A stretch of DNA of 64,000 nucleotides from Ophelia neglecta (Eukaryota): assembly GCA_965285935.1 (NCBI GenBank), contig OZ260667.1, positions 50,902,001 through 50,966,000 of the forward strand. The letters run 5' to 3'. The position numbers and the translations under genes are program-made. Below, in pieces: positions 1 through 12,297 of this stretch (the stretch's first letter is position 1; every line of letters begins with the position of its first letter). The notes beneath the pieces were generated by a model, which worked only from the letters and a program-made list of their open reading frames with translations, had not been told where the DNA came from and did no database searches.

Positions 1-23
1 GTGTACTAGAACCAGGCCAATGG

Positions 24-356
24 TTGTTGTTGTTGTTGTTTGGGGTTTTACGTGGCTTTCAACACTTATCGGTCATATCGCCACTGTGTCTACTTGTGAC
101 AGTGGGCTCAATGCCCTCTTTAGAGTGCTGCCTCACTGGAGTACCTGCCGTAGACAGCAGACAGGGAGCCCCACCCAGTCACATTATACTGCTGACACCG
201 GGTTGACCAGTCCTAATACTACCCCCGAAATACCGAGCACCTGGCGGGGGAGCTATCAGTACCTATTTTTACGTCTTAGGTTTGACGCGATCGAGAAGCG
301 AACCCCGAACTCCCACTTGCGAGTCGGACACCCTAACCACTAGGCCACGCTTTGGT
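24..356 (-). mobile_element. tRNA-derived SINE, full length (Meta-SINE-like central domain)
   Basis: Minus strand has A-box GTGGCCTAGTGG (348-337), B-box GGTTCGCTTC (304-295), central GACTGGTCAACCCGGTGTCAGCAGTATAATGTGACTGGGTGGGG and an (AAC)n tail (40-24). 9-bp direct repeat GGCCAATGG at 15-23 and 357-365 is a TSD. Family name from recalled consensus, not searched. Confidence 0.85.
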
Positions 357-797
357 GGCCAATGGAGCAGGTCTACGTAATTTGCGAGCAAGACAGGAGT
401 GAATCCTAACTATAATATTATTTAAGGCGAAAGGGGCATTAATTAAAATGCGTCAGCTTCATAACTATATAATAAACCCACCTTTGGCAAATCCGAGTAC
501 ACTTGTCACGACTGACTTTTCTCTTTATGATTAATTTAGCGCGTCCTGTTCTTCCTGTTCAATTGACCGGTCAACAATCTGACATGCATGGTTCATGCTG
601 GCCGCAGTTAACATTCTCAAAAAACACACTTTTGTAAAAGTTGAAAAAAAAAACGCAGATGCTTCAACGAACCCTTTTTTCTTCAAGTAAACAAATAGTA
701 AGACTATATGAATTGAGTAACAGAGTGGCACAATGAACTTACTCGAATATAAATATTTATTTTCTTTGTCTTTTAGGCCATTTTCCAATTTTCAAAG

Positions 798-3679
798 ATG
801 GCGACTTCCGTCCAGTACCGGGTGATGTGGATTTCGCTCGTTGTTCTGTGTATCCTAGGGTGTATTACGTGTATGTATGCGTATTACGTGGAAGTTTCTA
901 AAGAAAATGATGCTAACTATCGCGCGGCTTGTGATATTAGTGAATACATTAGTTGCTCAAAGGTTTTTACTTCAAGGTAAATTAGGTACCCTAATTATCG
1001 CTCAAATATAAGCGTTCAATTCAATTAATTATCACACCTGACCACCCGGGCCACAGGTGACCTCACCTGACCCACCACACCTCACTATAGGGGGTGTTCG
1101 ACATACAGCCCCAGTGTAGTAGAGTTGCTGTGGAGTTTGAATAAAGAGACACAAATTAGACAACTCGAATAGATAATAAAGCTGCATTACTAGTATATTG
1201 TGATAGTTGGACATTTTGGTACGGGCCATAGACCTGTTGGTCCAAGGTAATTTGGTTCCGGACATATTGGTCCCACACTTTTTTGGTCCCAAGTGAAAAG
1301 GCGGCATTTTGGTCCAGAGAATTATTTTCTTTATAGTTAAAACAAAAATACTTTCGGATGTATATGATAAGAGAAACGTCTAATTGTTTGTTTTTTTGCT
1401 TGTCTTGGACTATTTTTTAAGGGCAAATTTGTCTCTTGACATAAACTTATATATACTTTCTGCAGTATATACATTTCTTTATGAAGCAATTAAATAATAA
1501 TAGTGTGGGAAGTGACAGTGTGCGACATCAAACTTTGTTCTTAGTACAGCCTTCAGGGTTCGCGCTTACGCCATACAACATACAAATTTACACAGCAAAA
1601 AAAATATCGACGCAAAAACAGAGGACCTGTTGCGTTCCTGGGACGCAGCAAGTTTGATGTCAAAGTCTAAATATTAAACTCCTATCTCCAGAACTCAATC
1701 TCCAACCTCCTCCTTTATAAAGGCCACATAGATATTTTATTTGGAATTTGTTAATTGTTACCTGGAAACCCTTTGATCTTTACCATGTATATTGGGATGC
1801 AAAGTTTATCATTAACTTATTTCAACCAAAGTTCATTTAGCCTTTATGCATTGGAGAGACGGAAACAAATAAATCAGGCTTCTACAAGGTAGAAGTAGTG
1901 AGGTAACATTGAGAAAGACACTATGTCCCTTCTCACAATATTAATATTTGAGGAATTCACACACAAAAAACATGTAAATACTGCAAACTGAAAATAACTG
2001 TCTTTGAAGCCAAGATACAAATTTGGCTTTAGTCATAAGTTGAACACTAGCAAAACATTTTTTTTCATTTACATATATCCCAAAATATCTTTTTGAATGA
2101 ATAAAAATAAAAATGAAAATCCCTTGGACCAAAAGGTTGGCTCCTACACTTGGGACCAAATGTCTAGGACCAAAATGTTCAGGACCAAAAATGCCAGGAA
2201 CAAAATGTTTTGGGATCAAAATGTCCGGCTACTCTTCTGATTGGTCCACATGCTGTAAGTTGCTACAACTCCAGACACTCTTTAAAATATGTGGTTTGTA
2301 CACACATTTTCCTATGAAAATAACAATAAATTGTTTTTGTACATTTATTCCCTACAATCCTTTCTCACTATTTATTTTAATTAATATGAGCTTGTAACAC
2401 CTAGGTTGGACTGCAAAAATTTTTCAGTAGGCAGGGTGCAGTATTTGCAACCTCAAACAGTGCTTACAATTTGCTCAAGTGTTAGCATAATTATAGTGTT
2501 AATGTGTTCCCTGACTTCCCTCTAAATAAAGATTTCACATTTTGCAATTTCTTTGTTGGGTGTTGTTGTATGTAAATTACTTGAATTCTTTCAGATATGG
2601 TAGAGGTTTTGGAATCATTGAGAACTTTGTTGGACAGAAACATTGGTTGAATCAGCCAAACAGTGTCTTTGGTTTGGCTTTTTACAGCTTACAAATGTAC
2701 CTTAGTGAGTATCAGTCAGTGTTCCAATACTAGTCTATACCTAAATCACCAGGAGATGTGTGTAGATGTACACCCTCCACCCCACCCCCCCCCCCCCAAA
2801 GGCAGGGGACCCCCCCCCCCACTCAATTCCCCTGATGGGGAACCGTCTACTCCCTATGTCCTACTCCATATATAAGAGAGTTTTTCTAGAGGATATGATG
2901 CGCAGTCCCTCCTGAGGGTCTGTTTGGGGGGGGGGGGGGGAGGGGGCAGCCTCCAGACCTTCCTCTATAAGGAAATACCTATTCTATCCCCTCCCCCAGT
3001 CCCCCCTCCACTCCTTTTATGAATCTGCCCCTGCTTAGGGATTGAGTAAATTATGTTTTTTTTGTGTAAATAAAATGAAGTATTGAATTAAGTGAATCTT
3101 TTAAATCTTTATTAATTCATTGAAAATATATTTTGCATTAATTTTGAGTGTTGTGATGAATCCAATAAGTCGTTCGGTTCTCCTCAATGGTTTTGTGCAA
3201 TTGTTTATTTCGAAAGTTGGCACCCTTGCTGTGTGCCCTGGCCCTCCACTATGATCCCTTGTCTCCTGGGTTCTATTGTAAGCAAACTATACATTAGAAT
3301 TACTTCTAATTAATGGGATGTGATGAGGAACAAGACTATTGGCTGAAAATCACTATATGTTTGTACCGCCATAGTAATTGTGCATTTAGATCCATATTAG
3401 GTGACAAAAATTTCCGGACTCATTTAATTTTCTTTCTTTGCAGGCATGAAGCCCACTCTCCAGTCAGCCAACATGCAAATTGCCATGTCGGTGATGGCAA
3501 ACTGTGGCTCCATCTACCTGGCGTGTATACTGTACTTTGTTCTAGGGGACTTTTGTGTGGTGTGCGTCACCATGTACGTGGTGAACTTCCTCATTCTCAT
3601 GACTAACATCATCAAAAAGAGGCAGATTGAGGAGATTATAGCCAGACGGCAGACACAGAAAACATCCAAACTAAAGTGA
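798..3679 (+). CDS. VKORC1: Vitamin K epoxide reductase (VKORC1/VKORC1L1-like), 3 exons: 798-976, 2595-2704, 3444-3679; 174 aa
   Basis: GT/AG-bounded exons of 179+110+236 = 525 nt join in frame. Loop cysteines [32 protein letters not shown] and active-site CxxC (FCVVCVTMY) are all present. Confidence 0.95.
1204..2231. mobile_element. Decayed non-autonomous DNA transposon/foldback element in VKOR intron 1
   Basis: Arrays of ~15-nt units ACATTTTGGTCC on the left (1204-1318) are mirrored by GGACCAAAATGT on the right (2124-2231). Ends TAGTTGGACATTTTG / CAAAATGTCCGGCTA are inverted, and an imperfect AT-rich inverted match continues inward (1320-1380 vs 2055-2115). Confidence 0.65.
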
Positions 3680-6600
3680 AATCCTCCAGTATTAGTCATT
3701 GATTGTCAACACTTGCTGTTGTTTATTTTTACCAAATTATATTTTTGTTTGTTCAAATTTTTCACCATGTTTCAAGAATACTGTATGCTATTCCTACATT
3801 AGAAATTGGCTACAACCAATTTAAGAATCATATAAAGGTAGAACAGGTAATATACTATAAGGCATTAAATTCTCCCAGCACCATATTTTCAAGGAACAGG
3901 CAACATTTAATTTGATTGACATGGTTTTTTCTTGTTTACTGAGTGCCACCATTAGATGATTATTGTGCGTTTAATTTTTTGAAAACATATCATCTTTCAC
4001 CGAATAATTTCAGAGAGTGTGATGATCATCCTTGAATAGTACATATTCCATATTTAATTTAATTATGAGGCATGGTACCCAGAAGAACTCTTTATAGCTT
4101 ATACTTTGATCTGTCGGATTAATAGTTTTCCTTAACATAAGCAATATTGATTTTATACTGTAAAGGCAGAAATGTTAGTGGGGAAGTTTTTAGCAATTTC
4201 GCAATTTTTATGTTCATTGCAACATTAATCCTGCATACTTTTCCAACTAACCAGTAGCCTCTGCTGAGATACTGTTACACTACATAATTCAATTCCGGTG
4301 AACACAGGATTTTCTAAGTTTCCCAAAAAATAATCCCGGCGAACATAATTCATACAACTAGACCCTACAGTAGTAGAGATTGATATTTTATTTAGTATCT
4401 GGCTGTCTAAAACTGTGTCAAGTGATAGTAAACATCATGTTAGTAGGAAATTATATCTTGAAATTCAGGGGATCACTTATTTCTCAATATAATAAGCCGC
4501 CCTTACAATTGTTTCCTCTAACAATTTCTCATTTCTAATCTGAAGTGTGGTCACTGGTAGTAGTATGTTCAGGGCATCTCAATAACACCCATTTTAGTTT
4601 GAACCATGTTATCTTGCCTCAACTGCAAATGGAATTGTTATCTGGAACCCTGTTTGTGTGCTACATGCATTTGTATAAATGTGTCTATAATGTATGAAGC
4701 CATCTTTTCTATGAAGGATCTTTTTTACTGTGAGACTCTGAGAGGGTCACATGGTTTTGGCATGCAAACTGTTTTGCTGTCCTTTTATTTTGCATTTGAG
4801 AGGCTCCCACAATAGGTCCTCACTGGGCCTCTAATTATTGTGAGCCTTTTAATTTCACAGTTTGATCTTATCAAAAAATAAGAGGGGCTCCCAAAATATA
4901 AAGGTTATACAATATCACCAAGCCTGTACCTACTGTATTAGTAGTGCTTGAAGTTCAATGCTGAATATCAACCAAAGGTTTCTCTGTTTATGTTGGTGGA
5001 TGATATATATATCACAGGCCTGTAGAGTGGCTGAGATATTATTGTCACCATGTGAAATTGGAATGTTCACTAGCAACTGGGCATGCACAGGCGAAATAAT
5101 TAGATAGTTAATAAAGAGGCTCTTGTGGGAGGAAAAACACTGTTTGACATCAGGAATGTCTGATATCAGAGGGGAGTTTGACATGATGAGAATATTGGGT
5201 TACACACTCAGGGCCCTTATTCCCGAAGGGAATCTCACTCAAGAAAAATAGCATTATTATTCATCAGTGTATAACAAGTCAGTCACATATCATCAGTGTA
5301 CCGGTATTTGTTAAACAGTCCTTCCGCCAAATTTTGTAGACATGTTTTACATCGACTTATTATACAGCCAGTATAATGGTGTTATGCTGTGAATACACAG
5401 CTATTAGCAAGTTAGGATACATATCCTGAGCACAGCCAAGGGTAGATTCAGATATGACTTGAATTCCAAATAGGAAGGAGTGCTGTATTATATGCTGACA
5501 GTGTTTCTAAGATAAACTTCTTTGTCTGCTTGTGTTAGGCATTTTTTTCGGTTGTATGCCTAATACTTTCTTATGTAGCAACCCAAATAGCACAGAAAAT
5601 CATTTAGATTATCTCATTTGAGAAGCTGAATGCGTGAGAGCAGAAGGGTTGAAATCGAAAAGAGTATATAAAGTATTATATATAATTTTCTTCATATACC
5701 ACTCTTACGTTAAAATCTCAAGACAATACATTTTAGGTAAATTGTTCTGTTCTGTCAGGCCATTTATGTGTTGTTTGTTATTTCTGGTATAACATAAAAA
5801 GCTCAATTAGTATGTATGCCTGGGATCTTGTACTTCTGTACTGTGGGTAATTTATTCTCAGTTAATTTACATATAAATACAAGTACGTATAGCTAGGTAA
5901 TTATATCATTATTGATATATATATATATTACACATGTACAAGTTGTTATGTAAGTAATGTTACCCAGGATGTTTTAAAGTGATACTACTTATTGTATCAG
6001 CAATTCTCAAGGATGATTCTGTGTTTTATTTTGTTTTCTTCAGAGTATGTGACCATACACTGTATGAAAAACACTAACCAAAAGTAACTGGTAAACCATT
6101 GAAAACAATCACCTGGACGGGTAATATTCAGTCTTGTGACTGGGTTATTGCTGGGTTATTGCTCAACATGCAATTTAGCTTACTGTTCATAATTGCACAG
6201 CTGTACACTGTACACCGGCTCCCATACTTTGCTATTAATGGAATACAATTTAAGTGCTTAATGCAAGGACCCAATGTTTTGCCCAGGAATGAATTTTATA
6301 GTGTTTAGCCTGAAAATAATGGTTGATTTTATTGCTACAATTAGTAGTATGAACATTACCAATAAGATTAAAGTTGATAACAGTCACTGATTACATCAGG
6401 TGGATCAATAAAAAATAATCACAAATGCTATGCTCAATATTTTCCATGCGTTTAATTTTAATGATGGCCTCATTTTGTAAGTTTAAAATGTACACAAAAA
6501 TTGTCAACATAATTGTTTCTAATAAAAGGATAGTTTCTGAAAAAAATATTCCAAAATGAAAGAGTCAACAAAATTATGAAATACCCTAAACAGTGAACAC

Positions 6601-7084
6601 TTCATGCAACATAAATATTGTGCTTAAAGTGTCGATTTTTTTTATAACTTGATGCGTCTTCTGGAATCTAATTGCAATGAGATGTTGGTTTTTATTACTG
6701 GTGGCTGGAACAAAATGGTTTTTTAAATATATGATGGGTGTTTGAAAAAGTAATAGGAACCAGAACAGGGCAGCATGTAAATAAGAAAAAAACATTAATG
6801 TAAGAAATGCAAGCAGGTTACCGAAAGTGCAGTAATACAAGTGATCACATGTTCACACTAGGAACAATACTTGGTATAAGAGAGACAAGAAATAAAACTA
6901 TCAAAAATGAGTTTAAAAAAAAGTAAACCATTTGGCACAGGATTGAAAAGATAAGATGTGGGAAAAATTAAAGCAAATTGCACTTGGTGGGAAATATTTT
7001 ACCAATCACAAAACTGTAAAAGAATCACTAGAGACAAGTATTTATTAAAGTGCAAACAAAGGAATTTGTAGACTACTAGAAGGA

Positions 7085-7310
7085 TTAAGCACCACCGCGT
7101 TTTAGACTATGTGTTGAAGAAATAGGAGACAATCAATAAAAAACATACAGTAGGAATCAAAATACGAAACAAAAATCCCAGCGACCTTTCTTTGCAGATG
7201 ACATTGTGATTATGGTGGAAACAGGAGAAGATACAACTAACCTGCTAAAAACACTCACAGATCCATAAAATACAACTGGAAATTAACATAGACAATATGA
7301 AAATAATAAA
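7085..7310 (+). pseudogene. Degenerate non-LTR retrotransposon RT fragment
   Basis: Frameshifted translations give VLDYVLKK, FADDIVIMVETGEDTTNLLKTL and LEINID, matching the RT catalytic xADD region and its neighbours. Confidence 0.55.
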
Positions 7311-8024
7311 ACTGACAATAAGACCCGTGTGGAGTCTGGTAATCCCTGGTGGATGAAAAAATTGATGAATATTAGAAATAATACCAGGAGAAACGGGAGT
7401 GGATACCTATCAGAGTAGGGTTATATGTATCAGGAACGGTCCATTAAATCAATACGAAATAATCACAAGCCACAGACCAACATAAATCATTCCCCAGCTC
7501 CAAAACAGTAAATACACGTGTAATGCCAATACAAAAGTGTCAAAATAAAAATTGACTTCAGTGCAATGAGTTGCAGACAAAAGTTTCGATGATGTGAGTC
7601 AGAACTGAAAAACAAACCGAGTCAACGTAAAACGGAGATGAAAATGCGTGAAACAGACATGAAATATGCCTTTAGATGATCTATGGTGGTCTAATCCCAT
7701 CAAAATTTAGAAACTAAAAATGAAATTGTCACAATAAACACACGATCAAAGAAAGGTGTAACAGGACCCTGCCTACAAAAGAGGAATATAGATAACATAG
7801 TATTAAATCTCCAGGATAAAATGTTGCCTATAGTAAAGTGGACTAGTCACGCTTTTATGGTGATTGAACACGTGCACCTGCACCATACGATGTTATATCA
7901 GTATGAAACCGATGCACATGACCTCAAGAAAAAAAAATCACTCTTGAGACTGATATATGCCGGAAAAAAATGAAGAAAAAAAATCTCACTTTGCTATTAT
8001 TTTGTGTCATATATTCATTACTCT

Positions 8025-8160
8025 TTAGGTACACATTTGACTTTTGGACAGCTGTAACTTCAATACACTTTTTAGGTACACATTTGACTTTAGGACAGCA
8101 GTAACTTAGATACACTTTGTAGGTACACTTTTCTTATTTTCCGTTGTACATTCGGTACAC
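8025..8160. repeat. Short tandem repeat (~47-nt unit TTAGGTACACATTTGACTTT..GGACAGC.GTAACTT..ATACACTTT, ~2.5 copies)
   Basis: Direct reading of the repeated GGTACACATTTGACTTT units. Confidence 0.7.
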
Positions 8161-11100
8161 ATTAGCTACATTTTTTGGAACCTTTTTATCATAAGCGAAG
8201 CCTAAACCGCCCCCGCAAGCCAAAACACACGCTCAAGCGCGACGAAGACCCGTCGACATCGTTTGGTGGCGTGTCTTTCTCCAGGACTTCAATGGGAGAC
8301 GAAACGCTCACGCCATCAACCGTGAACAGAAGGCCATCGAGGTCCACAGTTGCACCCCGGCATCGGGCAAAATCTTCGAGAGTGACTGGCTGTTCCCTAC
8401 TGAGGCCACTGACCTCCCAGCTGCTCAGAATCACCACATCAACTACAAGGAGGCGTTGTCAGTTTTTATCGCTGCCCGTCGGATGGGACACTTCTGGGCT
8501 GGCTGAGAGGTGACGATCTTCACGGACAACCAAGCAGCCAGATGTATGATCAACAACGCCAACACCAGCATGCCTTGACGTCGCCACAATTTAGATAACA
8601 TTGTCCTTAGCCTGCATCACCATAACTCTCTGGTTTTAATCCTCCAACAGGTTGCAGCTCTCGGGAGGCAAAGAGGCACCTCGCGCAAAGCCTACAGGTC
8701 ACAGATGAAAGCCTATCTATACGTCAGTGACTCTTTCGCATATAGACCTGTGCCCTCCCGAGTCGGCGCCAAGTCCCAATTCACGGAGGCCCTGCCCTCC
8801 ACTACCACCTAATAACTGGCTTTGGAACTTATGTATCATGTTACCTGCTGATTAATCTGATGGATTTCGTGCTTACTATGTCATTGACCAAGTTAGTTTT
8901 GCCAGTAAGCCATGACTTTTTATTGAGTAACGTGAGGTTAAACAGACACTAATAGTATTACTACGAGATGTCGGCGCTGCGAGTAATGTTATATAGCTGA
9001 CCCTGCAACAGGAAGTTGTCTCAGAAATGAATAGTTTAGGCGCCTTGGTATACTTTGACAAGAACCAACTGTATCGTATTTCTTCTTTAATAAATTTATA
9101 CTTAATTAATTTTAACTGTTGAACATTGAAAGTCCGTTAGCCTTTCAAATTCATGCCTAAATATGCCCGTATAATTCACCTCCTTCTCTATTAGGCCTAT
9201 GTTATAAATAAGGCCACTTTGATATTTTACTGCATTCTGGCCTTGAACCGAAATCAAATTAAAATCTTCTCCTCCTAATACACTGCTTATATCTTGTTAT
9301 TTTTACCACAAAGACTATGGCGACCGACCCTTTACCAAATTTCTACAAAACCTAGTGAGTGGACGTAAATTGACAAATCGGAGTCTAATCATAATTTTCT
9401 ATAGTGTATGATATTTGCTAATTACCAACTAATAGCTTAACCGTCCAAGATGGCTACATCGTATGTTTTGACCACCAATAGTAAATCATAAATGAGGGGT
9501 CTTATGTCACTTAATTTTGACGTGACTTATTTGCTACATCATATTCAGTAAACAGCTTTTGGTGTTTGTACAGTGTAAGACAGACACACCAAGTTTATTA
9601 ACAACTACATGTATACAGGATAAGGAATAAATTAAAGGTTAGGGGTGGCATAATTTGGTCTTTGACAAATCTGACTTGTCTATTAAATTATTCGTGGCAG
9701 AAATTATGATAAAAAGATAGTAGACTGGGGGAAAATGTTTGATCAATATACACATGATGAAACATATATGCAAAGCGTATTAATCGATTAATTTAATTAT
9801 GAGTTTAGGCAACATACTTTGGTGGTGGTGGCCAAGCCGAGATGATCAGACAGCATTGGCCTTAGCGACTGGTATTATTGGCGGCCATGTGTTCCCAAAT
9901 CCTCGACAAACCGATAAACGACGCGTCTAGACTCTAATAAAAAATACGTTCTATTCAAACTTCAAACAGAAATAATTTAAAATAATATAAGTTTGATCCT
10001 AAGTACTTGTACCTTGTATTCCAATTTTGTAATTTATTGTTTCCCAATGAGTTCAACTAGCACTTTAGTTATTAACTTATGATTGCCACAAATGGCTTCA
10101 TTTGTTTAACAAATTGAAAGACAAACGTTTTACTCTTTTTTTTTACATAACAGGGTGACAACGCACAAAATGAAATAAATACTACAATCATATCAATACA
10201 GAGTATAGTTTATTGCTGTTTTGTAAACCCAAATATACAGGTGGGATTCTTTAAAAACACTATATCTGAACATACATTGTAGGTGTAATTGAATACAAAA
10301 ATAGAATGACTATAATAGGGTGACAATTTCATGGAAAATGATTCAAATGATGCTCATATCTATTCCAGTAATGTACGTACCATGAGAGTGGATCACTCAA
10401 GCTTGTTATGTGTCCTTTGGCAATAGGATTTTAATCTTATTTTAGTATGAAAACTCAAAATTCTAAACATAAGACATAAACCCTTTTTATATTTTGCCAG
10501 TGGACTTGATGGGTTTTTTTCAATGGTGCATGGTGGGGAATATTTCACAACTTGAGTGCATATGCTCCTGACACATTTTAAGGAGAAAGCATGAATAATA
10601 ATGGTATATATGCTTATGTGGCACAGAAGTTAACTAAAAGCTAATTTGTAAAGTGAATGATAATAGGCATGATCATATCAAATAAATGTGGTTACCGCAC
10701 ATGGTTGAATGATACAAATGAAAGTCATATATATATATCGTACCAGACTTTCCCCTTAGCAGTACTTGAACATTGATAGGAACTGATAAAATCTCATAGT
10801 TAATACAATGAAATTATAAACATCTGGAAAACATTTTCAACTAAAAGTATCTGAATGATACCCATGATCTGAAAATGTGATGAAATCAAAGTGTCCCATG
10901 CGAAGAAAACATTGGCAGTTTATATAAGAATGACACAAAGTACTTGTACAATTAATCAAAAATAGTTAAAAATTTAAAATATCAAGATCAAAAGTTGATC
11001 AGATATAAGAAATTATATAATTTGTTTTAACAGGAAAGACACAAACTAGTGGTACAGTTGTTAAAAAATAATTGAACATTTACAATATCTTGATAAAAAT

Positions 11101-12082
11101 GGACCATGTATATGAAATTATGTAATTTGTCAAAACTATATAATTAAAAAGAAAAATAATATTCGCCCGTATGATGTGTACATTGTCCTATAATCTACAA
11201 TTTAGCTAAAAAATATTAACTATTAATCAAGGTGGATTAACGATTTATCACATTACTTAAGCAAGCATTATATAATATATATATCTGTACAATAATTAAG
11301 TCAGTTTGTTACAAAAATATCAACGTTTAGCACCTGATTGGTTTTATGAAGTTTGAAAATATCTTACATTTCTCCCTGTAATAATTTGCTAAAATAAAGT
11401 TTGTCAAAAGGCGCATTATTTTGGTCCGTATCAATGTATACATCACTTGAATACATTGTAACTCAAAAATGCATTGTTCCCGTTAAGCCTATGTACGTTT
11501 ACATTGCAAAATAGCAATATTCACACTTCTACTGTTATACTTTGCGAAATTATTCATATATCTTTGCAAGTATTGAATAAAGCATGTAAGTGAAGTCATC
11601 TGGTGTTTGTAATAAATTGAAATCTTTGACACAACATACTTCCAGAGCGATGCAGATGATGGGTTTCTCTTGGAAAGTCTGAAACATGCCACTTTTCCCA
11701 ATTTAAAAAGAAAATAATATTGATATTATTTCAGGTGTACTTGCCCTTCTGGATACACTTTTTTTTAAATAAAATTCGTCGTTGTAATCATAACCGTGCT
11801 GTCTTATATGGTCCTATAATGTATATTTTTTGTACCAGCCAGTCTCCTAATTAATGAGCACGTTTGACAAGAATTTATAATCTGAAACAGACTCAATTGC
11901 ATGCCCCATACACGGGGTTGACGATATGGCACTAAAACACTTTTTTGAAAAGAGGTAATTGAACTTAACTCCGTCATAGCCAATTGTTGATGTTAATATA
12001 AATTTGAGAAGTAGCTGTTTCTAGAAGCTTTAGATTTTTGCTACATTAGAATTCGGGACTTGAGATTAATCCTAGACTCATT

Positions 12083-12297
12083 CTACGCAAAGAACCCCCA
12101 GACGAAAGCGGCTACGACCATCAAAATAACAGCGTTTATGTTGGCGAGTTTTCTGTGGAGGGGGACTTCATCCAAGGAGCAGTGTTTTGCTTCCATTGCC
12201 AATTGTTCCTCCTCAGTGATATCTAGCTCGGGGTGCTTCTCAATTCCACAGATCCATTGAATGGCTGTTTTGTACCATGGAAGCTTCCTCTCAGGTT
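12083..12297 (-). CDS. SLC5A last coding exon ([18 protein letters not shown]...AAFVWGFFA*)
   Basis: 215 nt, TTTCAG acceptor, TAG stop at 12085-12083. Confidence 0.93.

Noticed and set aside
285-350. tRNA gene
   Set aside because: The A/B boxes belong to the SINE head; no complete cloverleaf, and it is followed by a SINE body, tail and TSD.
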